A stretch of 33,361 nt of DNA, from positions 1 through 33,361 of the forward strand of contig MEMY01000095.1 in NCBI GenBank assembly GCA_001768965.1, given 5' to 3'. Under the pieces are notes generated by a model. The model was not told the origin of the DNA. It saw nothing but the letters and a program-made list of their open reading frames with translations, and ran no database searches. The position numbers were made by a program, and so were the translations under genes. Positions 8,890 to 18,153 of the stretch are shown here, piece by piece (the first letter of the stretch is position 1; every line of letters starts with the position of its first letter). The DNA is from an archaeon RBG_16_50_20 (GTDB taxonomy: Archaea; Thermoproteota; Bathyarchaeia; 40CM-2-53-6).

Positions 8890-9663
8890 TCACACTTGGG
8901 CCTCGTGGGTTGCTCGGCCGCAGTTACAGGTTCTTTTTACTGGAATGCTTTCAGCGGTCTTGCGTATAATAGCAACTATCTCGGGCATGAGTCTCTTCCC
9001 GATGTCCATGACTTCCACCGCAGACAGTTTAGCTTGCTTGCCAGCTGCGCGGTTTGAAATGAAGCAGAGCGTCGCGTAGCACATTTCAAGTTCCCTTGCG
9101 AGGAAGGTTTCAGGTGCTCCAGTCATCCCGACCAGGTCGCCTCCGAGCTTCTCAAGCATCCGGATTTCGGCTGGGGTCTCATATCGTGGCCCCTCTGTCG
9201 CGGCGAGGACCGAGGTGTTCCACATCTTCACTTTACTCCCCTTCGAAGAATCAAGCAAAGCTTTCCTCAATTCCGGGCAGTAGGGTTGTGAAAAGTCGAT
9301 GTGTGTGACCGGAGAGCTGTCGAAGAATGTGGTGGTTCTGGATTTCGTCATGTCGATTATGTCGTCGGGGATGGAGAGGTCTCCGGGATTGTACTCTGAG
9401 TTGATGCCGCCCACTGCGTTCGTAGCTATGATTCTCTCGACACCAATCTGTTTGAGCGCATGGATATTGGCTCTATAGTTGACCTTGTGTGGTGGAAGGT
9501 CATGTTTTGGGCCATGTCTGGGTAGAAAGGCAACCTCCTCTTTGCCAACGGATCCAACAGAGATCCAAGGAGCAGGGCCATATGGTGTTCCAACTCGAAC
9601 TATTCTCGTCCCTTTAAGGAGGGCTTCGAGCCCGCTGCCGCCGATTATGCCAATCCTGGTCAT
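8890..9663 (-). CDS. mtnP: MTAP-family purine nucleoside phosphorylase (probably 6-oxopurine/methylthioinosine-preferring)
   Basis: IGIIGGSG, TPYG, LPRHG, NYRANI, EGPRYETPAE, VGMT; ISNRAAG where adenine-specific MTAPs have TDYD. Confidence 0.88.
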   Translation of the reverse strand: MTRIGIIGGSGLEALLKGTRIVRVGTPYGPAPWISVGSVGKEEVAFLPRHGPKHDLPPHKVNYRANIHALKQIGVERIIATNAVGGINSEYNPGDLSIPDDIIDMTKSRTTTFFDSSPVTHIDFSQPYCPELRKALLDSSKGSKVKMWNTSVLAATEGPRYETPAEIRMLEKLGGDLVGMTGAPETFLARELEMCYATLCFISNRAAGKQAKLSAVEVMDIGKRLMPEIVAIIRKTAESIPVKRTCNCGRATHEAQV

Positions 9664-9681
9664 GATTCAGAATTCCTGCCC

Positions 9682-10581
9682 CTACTCTTCCTCACTGTCC
9701 GAGAGGGAATCGCCCATGAGTGCTTGGAATTCCTCAAAGGACAATTTGCCGCCCGAGCGCACCTTCTCGTTTGCAGCCTCCTTGTACTTCGATTTGAGCT
9801 TCTCGGCTTTCTCAACTTTCGATGAAACCTTAACCTCGCCTATCTGAGTTCGAATCTCGTCAATCCTTTGAAGATTGCTCCTCAGGGTCGCAATGGCTTC
9901 ATGGCGCTCTTTACTCTGTTCAACGTACTTCGCATGTCTCTGATCCGCTTCTTTCTTCTTCTCCGCGAGAACCTTCACAAGTTCATACATGGCTGTATGG
10001 ACGTGTTCGCTTTCGTCAGCGATCTTCGTCAGCTCCTCGTGGGTAGATTGTGCTTGGATTCGAAGAGCCCCCACCTCGACCTTCAGGCGTAGGAGTTTTT
10101 CCCTGACGTTCCTGAGCCCCTTGTGCTTAGCGAGGTTGGTTTCTAACGCACCAATCTTGGCGACTAAGCTCCGTTCGGCCTGTGTGGACAGAGGGTTAGT
10201 CTGAATATACCACTCAAAGCGCTTGATCTGTGTCAGGACCTCAGACATACTGCCATGCAACTGCTCGGAGATCTGACGCGCCTGTTCAAGGAGCTTGGAT
10301 AACGTCTCACGCTTCTTCGACGCCTCGTTCCGAAGCTCATCGCGCTTCGTCTTCAGATCCTTGACTTTGCCGTTCAGTGAATCTCTTTTTTCTTTCAGTT
10401 TCTTGGCTTCAGTCGAGATTCGTTTGACCTCTGCGTTGAGTTCATCGCGCTGCTTCAGGGTTTCATCGATCTGCGTTCTTAGAAGTCTAATTTCGGTCTT
10501 CTTGTTAGCGCTGCTTGCTTTGAGCTGTTCGAGTTCACGATAAAGGTGCTCGACGGGTGTCTGGATTGTTTTTGAATCCAT
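9682..10581 (-). CDS. Archaeal coiled-coil protein (COG1340-like)
   Basis: Heptad-rich throughout, central EWYIQTNPLS..AE..LV hinge, C-terminal GGKLSFEEFQAL. Confidence 0.8.
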   Translation of the reverse strand: MDSKTIQTPVEHLYRELEQLKASSANKKTEIRLLRTQIDETLKQRDELNAEVKRISTEAKKLKEKRDSLNGKVKDLKTKRDELRNEASKKRETLSKLLEQARQISEQLHGSMSEVLTQIKRFEWYIQTNPLSTQAERSLVAKIGALETNLAKHKGLRNVREKLLRLKVEVGALRIQAQSTHEELTKIADESEHVHTAMYELVKVLAEKKKEADQRHAKYVEQSKERHEAIATLRSNLQRIDEIRTQIGEVKVSSKVEKAEKLKSKYKEAANEKVRSGGKLSFEEFQALMGDSLSDSEEE

Positions 10582-10604
10582 GAGAGCACCTCTCTCGCTG
10601 TGGT

Positions 10605-12476
10605 CTACCTTCTTTGGGCAGTTTTCTCGTCATACTTTCTTAGAGCCATGAAGATGAGGACTGAGCCGACTACGATTCCCAGAATGAGTGCAGCCAACAC
10701 CATAACCACCCAGCTCGGTGTTGCCAGGGCGAGAGTCAAGGCGTTTGAGGCTGTTTGAGCTGCTCTCACAGCGATCTCAACTGCCAATGTGTACTGCATT
10801 GAACCATATTTCCCGAGTGCCTTGTCAACTAGTGTTTTTGCGGAGGCCATCTGGTCTCCCACCGATCCCAAGGCCATTCGGCTGTTGAGAACATCTTGAG
10901 CTTCCGCAAGTGTGGTTGTCGCTGAGTTGATCAATTGATCTGCATGTGCTCTGTTGATTGCGTCTTTGTCGAACTGACTGAACTTATACTCCCAAGCCCA
11001 GTAGCTCATGGCCGATGATACGAAATCCTCAAGGTAACCGAACTGGTGGGGGTGCATTAAGCCGAGTGAATGGCCTGCCTCATGGATAATGGCCTGCGTG
11101 AAACCTATTCCTTTGCCTGGTTGAGGTGGGCTCACGTTATCCCCTCTTTTGAAATCGATCTGGCTCATTCCGATTAGCGCCAGATCTCCCAGGGAAATTC
11201 CAAGGAAATTGTTCTCATCAAGTTTGAGGGTCGCAACGTACCACTTGTAAGTGTATCCGAAGTAAATTCCGGCTGAGAAGGCGAATGCAAAGACTGGAAG
11301 CGTCACCTCATTCGAATCTCTTTTGACGGTGCCCGCGAATTCGGATAAGTGCTCCTGAAGGTACCTATAGATCGGACGTGTATCCACATACCTGCCGAGC
11401 GCGAGATCTGACGGGGGTGTAACTGTGTTCTCTATGATCACGCTTTGGAGATCTGGCTTCGCGCTTGCTTCTATGAAGTGGGTTTCCACTTGGATTTCTG
11501 AGTATGGCAGTATGTCTGTGTACGCCTCTTTGATGAGTTCTGGGTGGATTGTGCTTTCTATTGCAACAGCTGTTCTCTCCTTTTCTGTGCGGTTATCAAT
11601 GATGTTAACAACAATTCTGTAGGTCCGACTGTAGACAGGTTGGTACACGAAGACGGGAACCGCCAAGTTCAGAACAGCGTCATAGATATAGTCTGAAAGG
11701 AATTGCGTCAGCCATTGCTTCCCGTAGAGCGAGTGAAGGTTGAACCGATAGAGGTCTATGGCAATCTGCATCGGGATGTGTGGAACAGCCTCGGGGCTTG
11801 TCCAAGTCCAGAATTCGGGACCTGCTGCCATGTCCAGGTACCACAGCCTGTTTCGGCCACCCCATCCCACCGAGAAATCGCGATACCGGATCTGGTAGTC
11901 CAAGTCCTTGTCTACGTATTTTGTTGCGTAGTAATGGGGTGTGGCGCTAGACGGATTCTCGCTTTCCAATTGCTGTTCGGTAACGGAGGGTAAGCTCGTC
12001 AGATTTGCGAAGACGAATGTGTAACCGCTGGTCGGAAAGCCTCCGTAGCTTGCGTTGTTAGCTGCGAACCAGCTTTCAACTTTCTCTGCATCGTAGAAGT
12101 AGTTGCTTGTTATCGATTTGAACCAGGGATTATACATGAGCTTCTTCTGCTCGATTGACTTCAGGTAATTGACTAGACTGTCTTGGAACTCGGCCTTTGT
12201 GTAGACAAAATCGTAGGTTAGATCGTAAGAGACGCCCGTTATGTTGCCTGTCGAGAGCACGTTGTTGACCGAGTTCTGCACGGCATTTCCTCGCCACGTC
12301 AAGTAGTCTTGGTCGATTGTCTGTGCGTCGAACCCGATCAGCACGATCTTTATTGTCAATGGGACGGTTCGAACTGTGATCGTTTGAGTAGTAGCTGCCT
12401 CGTTTGATGAGAATCCTGCTGGCAACGAGGCGATGACTATGAGAAATACCAAAAGCATGGCGTTTGTAGTTTTCAA
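10605..12476 (-). CDS. Secreted, C-terminally membrane-anchored zinc metalloprotease (metzincin motif)
   Basis: Signal-peptide-like start MKTTNAMLLVFLIVIASLPAG (TTG 12476 preferred over GTG 12509), HEAGHSLGLMH plus Met-turn-like SAMSY, C-terminal TM helix then RKY. Confidence 0.75.
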   Translation of the reverse strand: MKTTNAMLLVFLIVIASLPAGFSSNEAATTQTITVRTVPLTIKIVLIGFDAQTIDQDYLTWRGNAVQNSVNNVLSTGNITGVSYDLTYDFVYTKAEFQDSLVNYLKSIEQKKLMYNPWFKSITSNYFYDAEKVESWFAANNASYGGFPTSGYTFVFANLTSLPSVTEQQLESENPSSATPHYYATKYVDKDLDYQIRYRDFSVGWGGRNRLWYLDMAAGPEFWTWTSPEAVPHIPMQIAIDLYRFNLHSLYGKQWLTQFLSDYIYDAVLNLAVPVFVYQPVYSRTYRIVVNIIDNRTEKERTAVAIESTIHPELIKEAYTDILPYSEIQVETHFIEASAKPDLQSVIIENTVTPPSDLALGRYVDTRPIYRYLQEHLSEFAGTVKRDSNEVTLPVFAFAFSAGIYFGYTYKWYVATLKLDENNFLGISLGDLALIGMSQIDFKRGDNVSPPQPGKGIGFTQAIIHEAGHSLGLMHPHQFGYLEDFVSSAMSYWAWEYKFSQFDKDAINRAHADQLINSATTTLAEAQDVLNSRMALGSVGDQMASAKTLVDKALGKYGSMQYTLAVEIAVRAAQTASNALTLALATPSWVVMVLAALILGIVVGSVLIFMALRKYDEKTAQRR

Positions 12477-12560
12477 AGCGAACCCGCGATTGCACAGATG
12501 GCCCAACACATTCAGCCGTCCCTAATTAATCCCTTACCCACATTTCCTCAAGATTGAGTC

Positions 12561-13298
12561 TTACTCGTCACCTAGAATCATTCTTGCGTCAACTATGCTT
12601 GCACCGGTCCCATACACCATGATAGGGTTTAGGTCCAATTGTTCAATTGACGAGTTCTCCAACATGATTTGAGAAGTGCCCTCAAGTATGCTGATTATGG
12701 CGTTTTCATCGCTTGGGCCCTGCCCCCTAATCCCTCTCAGCACAGGGTATGCGTGAATCTCTCTAATCATTTCCTGAGAATCCAAATCAGTCAATGGCGC
12801 GACTCTGAACGTCACGTCCTTGAGTACCTCGACAAAGATTCCTCCAAGACCAAACAACACCGTCGGTCCAAACTGGCTGTCCCGAAGACCACCCACTATG
12901 ACTTCCACGCCCTTCGGTGCCAAGTGTTGAACAAGCACACCTTCGAGACGAGCGCTCGTGTTGTACGATTTGGCGTTGTCAACGATTCGCTGATATCCAC
13001 GCTCAACTTCCTCCTTCGACTTCAAGTCGAGTAAGACAGCGTCCGCCTCAGTCTTGTGGAGGATATCTTGGGAGATGATCTTCAACACAATTGGGTAGCC
13101 TACTTTCTCAGCCAGCGCGATGGCCTCTGGCGCACTTTTGGCGACGCCGAATTCCGGGGTCGGCATTCTGTAAGCTCGACAGATCTCTTTTGCCTCAGGC
13201 TCTAGGAGAGCCTTCCTATTCTCGCTGAGAGCTCGGTGAATGATTTGCTCGACGATGAGCGGTGGCATTGAGGGCGCTTTCCTTGGGTCGACGTTCAA
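12561..13298 (-). CDS. acdB: ADP-forming acyl/acetyl-CoA synthetase beta subunit (ATP-grasp)
   Basis: LLEPEAK, GYPIVLKI.S..ILHKTE, EVIVG..RDSQFGP..LFGLGGIFVEVLKD, LDLNP, VDAR. No alpha subunit in the window. Confidence 0.88.
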   Translation of the reverse strand: MNVDPRKAPSMPPLIVEQIIHRALSENRKALLEPEAKEICRAYRMPTPEFGVAKSAPEAIALAEKVGYPIVLKIISQDILHKTEADAVLLDLKSKEEVERGYQRIVDNAKSYNTSARLEGVLVQHLAPKGVEVIVGGLRDSQFGPTVLFGLGGIFVEVLKDVTFRVAPLTDLDSQEMIREIHAYPVLRGIRGQGPSDENAIISILEGTSQIMLENSSIEQLDLNPIMVYGTGASIVDARMILGDE

Positions 13299-13386
13299 CG
13301 CAGCTCGGACCGCGTATTATACGATTACCTCGGGCAATGAGTTATGGGATGAATCTTGATCGTGCAAGACACGCTCACCTGGCTGC

Positions 13387-14151
13387 CTATGCTGAAGCTT
13401 CTTCTCCTCGGTTGAGTACTCGAGTTACCGCAGCGTTCAACTCCATGAGGCCTGTGGTCTCCTTAGCGGAGACTGGAATTGGTTCAGATAACAGTCCGGT
13501 CCTGAAAACAGCGTTCGCGAGATCTTTCACAAGAAGCGACAAATTCAGCTCCTTTGCCCTGCCAAGCGCGATGTCGAAGGATTCAGGTTCAGTTGCCCAA
13601 GTAACGATCTCATCTATCTCTTGCTCCGTAACGAGATCGATCTTGGAGAGGGCATAAATCTGGGGTTGCGTTATCCTGCTCTCAATGGCTGCAGCGAGAA
13701 ATACGTTGGAAATGAAGTTCAGCGGAGAGCGCGAAAAAGGCGCGTCCATCAGGTAGATCAATGCTTGACTATCCTCTGTTAGATGTCTCGCAATGAATCG
13801 GCCTCCTTCTCTGAAGGCGAAAAGTTCTATCTGACCAGGCGTGTCCACTAGGACAACGTCCGGGTTGGCCGCATCAATTTCCTCGCGCATTTCCTCCATG
13901 TGATCGGCGAGCAGGTCAGACGCCATGATGAGCGCGCCGTTCGGCCCGAGTTGATAATCCAGCATTAACTTCTGTACGTCCACGTATTGGCGGGCGTCGA
14001 TGTCGGGATTGTAGGGGAGCGCAGTGGCGCCGGGATCCATGTTGGCAACGATCACATCCTGTTCTCCTGCCTTGAGCCATTCTAGGTAAGCGGCAGTGAG
14101 TGTTGATTTTCCAGATCCTGCCATCCCCACAATGAACACGGAATATGCCAT
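13387..14151 (-). CDS. GPN-loop GTPase
   Basis: GMAGSGKST, NMDP, LGPNG, DTPGQIELF, SKID, VSA. Confidence 0.93.
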   Translation of the reverse strand: MAYSVFIVGMAGSGKSTLTAAYLEWLKAGEQDVIVANMDPGATALPYNPDIDARQYVDVQKLMLDYQLGPNGALIMASDLLADHMEEMREEIDAANPDVVLVDTPGQIELFAFREGGRFIARHLTEDSQALIYLMDAPFSRSPLNFISNVFLAAAIESRITQPQIYALSKIDLVTEQEIDEIVTWATEPESFDIALGRAKELNLSLLVKDLANAVFRTGLLSEPIPVSAKETTGLMELNAAVTRVLNRGEEASA

Positions 14152-14342
14152 GTGAGATTCCCCCGCGATAGTGCGCTAGCTCCTATCAAGTCTGCTGGAT
14201 TTCACTGGGAGGGAATTCTTTTCCGCACAACAAGTCATACTGTTCAGCGCTGCGATGATGAGCAAGCTAGAACAGGACTAGGTGACTGTGAACCCGGGCG
14301 CCAGAGCAGCAATTCGACTTCTCAGCAACTAGTCAGCCAGGT

Positions 14343-14393
14343 ATTCGGTAAAGGTTTCTTTACTGAATTCATTTCCACTTAGCTGTTTAAGTG
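14343..14393. promoter_or_regulatory. Two inverted repeats at the ArsR-gene promoter (candidate operators)
   Basis: ATTCGGTAAAG-gttt-CTTTACTGAAT (14343-14368, one mismatch) and CACTTA-n6-TAAGTG (14376-14393), which overlaps TATA-like TTTAAG. Confidence 0.45.
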
Positions 14394-14429
14394 ATGGGCG
14401 CGTTTCCTTCTGTTCGGCTGGGTGGGGTG

Positions 14430-14876
14430 ATGGAGGAACCGTCAGATTTGGGACTGGAAGACCAAGTCTTCAAGTCGCTCTCGCATCAGATCAGGCGTGA
14501 CATCATTCGTTATGTGGGTGAGAGATCGAAGGCGTCCTTCACGGAGATTCGAAACTCGTTGCGGATCGAAGACAGTTCTATGTTTTCCTATCACTTGAAC
14601 GGGTTGCGACCGCTATTGCAGCAGCATGACTCTAACTACCTTCTCAGTGATTTAGGAAGGCATGCATACAGGTTGATACTGGGAACGACCGCACTTGGGA
14701 CTGAAAGCAGACTAAAGATGAGAATCCGGTATGCGATTGTCGCAAACGCGTTGCTGTGGGCCAGAGTCATTTTCAGCATCTCAAATTGGCAGGGACACCT
14801 GCAGTCACAGACGATGATGTCACTGGCGGCCTTGTGGTTCATCAGCAATCTGATTCTATATCGCCTGAGCCTCTAG
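14430..14876 (+). CDS. ArsR-like winged-helix regulator with two C-terminal hydrophobic segments
   Basis: VFKSLSHQIRRDII, SFTEI, SYHL..L, Y.LS..G; C-terminus hydrophobic. ATG 14430 follows GGTGGGG and is preferred over 14391. Confidence 0.78.
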   Translation: MEEPSDLGLEDQVFKSLSHQIRRDIIRYVGERSKASFTEIRNSLRIEDSSMFSYHLNGLRPLLQQHDSNYLLSDLGRHAYRLILGTTALGTESRLKMRIRYAIVANALLWARVIFSISNWQGHLQSQTMMSLAALWFISNLILYRLSL

Positions 14877-14877
14877 G

Positions 14878-15102
14878 GGAACCGGCAACGCAGGAGTTCC
14901 GAGCGACTGTCTGACAGTTGATCCTTGCTCTGGCAGCGTCAAAATGACCGTACTTCGCGAGGTTTTCTCGAAATGTGATTGAGGGCCATATGGCCCACGG
15001 TTTCCATGGCGCACTAGTTTTCTGGTGCGTTTGCCGCAGAGTAACATGTTGTATGCAAGAAGTTGCATACACCCCCCTCCTCCCGGTCCAAGAAACTGGA
15101 GG
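14878..15102 (+). other. Intergenic array of hairpins/palindromes (possible structured RNA)
   Basis: At least seven stem-loops, including GGGCCATATGGCCC, GCGCACTAG-TTTT-CTGGTGCGT and TGTATGCAA-GAAG-TTGCATACA. Confidence 0.4.
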
Positions 15103-15113
15103 CGCAAAGGCGA

Positions 15114-15932
15114 CTATGCCTTAAGGGAGATTCTTGCTCCGACGTTTCGGATTTGGCGCGCCAAATCGCGTGATGCTCCAAGAACAGCCCGTTCCGCCCC
15201 TTCCGAATTTTGGGCTCTAGTTGAGAAGTGGAGGTCGATGTGAGGGCGTCCTCCAGCCTCAACGCCCCTCGGGTGGGACTTGATGTAAACCTTAGGCCAT
15301 TTCGCCATGATCTGGTCGATGATTGGCGCTAGCGACGATTCCATAATCCCCTGAACTCTCAGCCATTTCTCGGCGAATATCATCCCGCCCGTTTTAGCAA
15401 GAATGGCCTTCGAGGCTGATTCTCGGAAGATTGCTTTTGCTTCCTTTGGAACACCCGGCAAACAGAACACCTGAGTCTCCTTTACGGTTACTCGCACGGC
15501 GGGTGCGGTGCCAACAGGATTTCGAACAGGCTTGGCGCGAGCAGGAATTCGGGCCATTTTGAGGCGTGGCTGGGTCAATGAGATTCTTCGATTAGGGAAT
15601 CTTCGGGCATAATGCTCCCGAACCATCGCTAGAGCGATCCTGTCAACTCTGAGAGGCACCTTGAGCGCTCTGGCAACGGCCTTGAGCGTCATATCATCAA
15701 AGGTCGGTCCGATTCCCCCAGTCGTTATGAGGAAGTCGGGCTTTCTTCTTAGTGATTCTCTGATTGCGTGCGAAATCTCTTTGAGATTGTCCGGGACAGT
15801 AGTGATTCTGGAAACCGCGGCTCCCAACGAAGTTACGCGTGCCGCGATCCAAGAGGCATTCGTGTTAACCGTATTCCCGAGCAGAAGCTCATTTCCCACC
15901 GATAAAATCTCAACTATGCAGGGCATCCTCAA
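15114..15932 (-). CDS. CinA-like molybdopterin-binding-domain protein (competence/damage-inducible family)
   Basis: SVGNELLLG.TVNTNASW, TTGGIGPTFDDMT, NPVGTAP, LPGVPKE, ESSLAP, YIKSHP. Confidence 0.9.
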   Translation of the reverse strand: MRMPCIVEILSVGNELLLGNTVNTNASWIAARVTSLGAAVSRITTVPDNLKEISHAIRESLRRKPDFLITTGGIGPTFDDMTLKAVARALKVPLRVDRIALAMVREHYARRFPNRRISLTQPRLKMARIPARAKPVRNPVGTAPAVRVTVKETQVFCLPGVPKEAKAIFRESASKAILAKTGGMIFAEKWLRVQGIMESSLAPIIDQIMAKWPKVYIKSHPRGVEAGGRPHIDLHFSTRAQNSEGAERAVLGASRDLARQIRNVGARISLKA

Positions 15933-16022
15933 ACCCTCAATGAGAATGAGCGCAACGAGAACTAAACAGTATTTGTTCTAAGAGAAGCCGCGTTCGCGGT
16001 CTCTCACCGAGATGAGAGATCA

Positions 16023-16232
16023 CTAAGGCTTTTTCGAAAGCCACCATTTCAGGTAGTCATTCTGGCGGCGTCTGCGCTGCTCCTCGGGACTTTCAATATC
16101 ACGCAATTTGTTTCTGCCCTCCATGAGCTGCTGGGCACTTACAGTGAGCCCACAACTCTTGCATGTGTAAAATTTCTGTGCGCTGTCGTAGCTCAGTATG
16201 CCGCCACATTCAAGGCAGTAGTTCGTTGTCAC
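16023..16232 (-). CDS. Small zinc-ribbon protein
   Basis: CLECGG-x12-CKSCG followed by a charged helix and YLKWWLSKK. Confidence 0.8.
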   Translation of the reverse strand: MTTNYCLECGGILSYDSAQKFYTCKSCGLTVSAQQLMEGRNKLRDIESPEEQRRRRQNDYLKWWLSKKP

Positions 16233-16291
16233 TTGAAATTTGGTCTCCGCGTGTGTAAGGCAAAGTCGCGCTAGTTAAACCTGTAGCACGC

Positions 16292-18070
16292 TCAACCTGC
16301 CGCGGAAACGTAGTAAAATTCGCCAGAGCTTTTTTGCTCCTTGTCCAATTTGCTGTCCTGTTTGTTTATCCGCGGTCGCTTGGTATCTGGGTCCCTTCTG
16401 AATGTAACGCCCATGTCGGAGAGGAAGAGGTTCATTCCCTCGCGCAAAGGCAGCGGGTTGGATGCCTTTCCATCTCTGCTTCGGACGCCCTTGAAGACCA
16501 TGAGGCGGTCTGCGAGAAAATCCTGAGCGAGGATGTCATGCTCTACAACAAACGCAAACGCCTGTCGTGAGTCGACGAGATGCCGTAAAGCCTTCGCAAC
16601 GTTCAATCTTTCCTCAACATCCAAGAACGCACTTGGCTCGTCGAGCAAATACAGTTGCGCTTTTCGTCCAAGGGATGCAGCTATGGCGACACGCTGCAGT
16701 TCTCCGCCACTGAGCCCATCTATCTTTCGCTCGAGGAGCCTGTTAATGGAAAGAGGTCGTATGACCTCGTCGGTAAACAAAGATGAAGAGTAGTCGTCTG
16801 CAGCACTTGTAAGCAACTGTTCAACCGTGCCATCAAAGTCTGAGGAAATGTACTGCGGCTTGTAACTGACTTGAAGTTCGTTCTGGCTTGACTTCGTATA
16901 GAAATCGAGTAGCTCCTTTAAGAACGTCGTTTTTCCAATGCCGTTGGGGCCGATTATGCCAACGATCTCACCGGCATTCAGATGTCCAGCTTCAACTTCC
17001 AAGTGGAAGTTACCAACGATCTTGGTGATCTTCGGCCACTCGAGTTTAGCTTCCACCTCAAAGTCGATCTGCCTCGGCGGTCTGACATGAAAGCGGATGG
17101 GCTCATCTCTGAATCGCATGTTCTCATCGGGCAGAAACCCGATCAAATAGTCATTGATCCCACCCCTCGTCGGGTGCACATGTGACACGATTCCATAGGA
17201 CCCAGGCTGACCATAGACAAGGTAAACTTCATCGGAGAGGTAATCCAATACCGCCAAATCGTGCTCTGCCACAAGGACAGACTTGCCCTCGTCAACTAGC
17301 TTCCTGATGCTCCGTGCGGCTTGAACTCTCTGATACACATCCAAGTGACTCGATGGTTCATCGAACATGTACACGTCGGCATTCCTTGAAATCGCGGCCG
17401 CAATAGCAACTCTCTGAAGCTCTCCGCCGCTAAGCACCTTTGGCTCTCTGTCGAGGAGAGGTTCCAGCTCAAGCTCATGCACTAGTTCAGCTAGCTTTCC
17501 GCGCTCATCTGCCTTCTTCAGCAACTGACCCGTCTTTCCTTCGAGCAACGACCCAATCTTGTCAATATGCTGGGGCTTATGCACTACTTTCATCTTCTTG
17601 CCTGCGATCTGCTGGAAGTACTCGAAGAGGAGTGTTCCACGGTAACGTGAGAGCACTGTATCCCACTTGCTCTCAGTTTCGAGGGCTCCAAAATTGGGTG
17701 TAAGTTCCCCGGCCAAAATCCGTAAAGCCGTGCTCTTTCCTGTCCCATTTCTGCCGATGAGGCCTATGACCGTTCCAGGTTGTGGAACGGGCAATCGGAA
17801 GAGTTTGAATTCATTGACGCCGTAACTGTGAATGCACTCCCCATCCAGTTCCTGCGGCAGCTTCACGATGCTTATGGCATCAAAGGGGCATTTCTTGATG
17901 CAAATCCCACAACCTGTGCACAGGTCTTCATCGATTATCGGTTTCTTCTGTCCGGCAATGAATTTGATCGCGTACCTCCGGTTCAGAACTTCGGGGCAGA
18001 ACCGGTAACATGGAATGCCGCAATCATCAGGTTTGCAATGCTCCTTGTCCAGCGTAGCCACACGTAACAA
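16292..18070 (-). CDS. rli: Ribosome recycling ATPase ABCE1/RLI
   Basis: N-terminal Fe-S domain (CKPDDC..PC..FCP, CTGCGICIKKCPF), two ABC domains (GRNGTGKST, GPNGIGKTT, LSGGELQR twice), RPRINK..S..D. Confidence 0.97.
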   Translation of the reverse strand: MLRVATLDKEHCKPDDCGIPCYRFCPEVLNRRYAIKFIAGQKKPIIDEDLCTGCGICIKKCPFDAISIVKLPQELDGECIHSYGVNEFKLFRLPVPQPGTVIGLIGRNGTGKSTALRILAGELTPNFGALETESKWDTVLSRYRGTLLFEYFQQIAGKKMKVVHKPQHIDKIGSLLEGKTGQLLKKADERGKLAELVHELELEPLLDREPKVLSGGELQRVAIAAAISRNADVYMFDEPSSHLDVYQRVQAARSIRKLVDEGKSVLVAEHDLAVLDYLSDEVYLVYGQPGSYGIVSHVHPTRGGINDYLIGFLPDENMRFRDEPIRFHVRPPRQIDFEVEAKLEWPKITKIVGNFHLEVEAGHLNAGEIVGIIGPNGIGKTTFLKELLDFYTKSSQNELQVSYKPQYISSDFDGTVEQLLTSAADDYSSSLFTDEVIRPLSINRLLERKIDGLSGGELQRVAIAASLGRKAQLYLLDEPSAFLDVEERLNVAKALRHLVDSRQAFAFVVEHDILAQDFLADRLMVFKGVRSRDGKASNPLPLREGMNLFLSDMGVTFRRDPDTKRPRINKQDSKLDKEQKSSGEFYYVSAAG

Positions 18071-18153
18071 TCAGACACACCTCAATGAGAGAAAGAGATT
18101 GAAAGTTAGTTAGTGAATTGAGCAAAGAGATGAAAAACGGAGGCTGAACTTAG

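Noticed and set aside
14842-15107. 76-aa and 83-aa - strand ORFs across the hairpin array, one behind GGAGGAGG
   Set aside because: No protein-like pattern, and they overlap the ArsR gene end. RNA structure explains the region better, though translation is not excluded.
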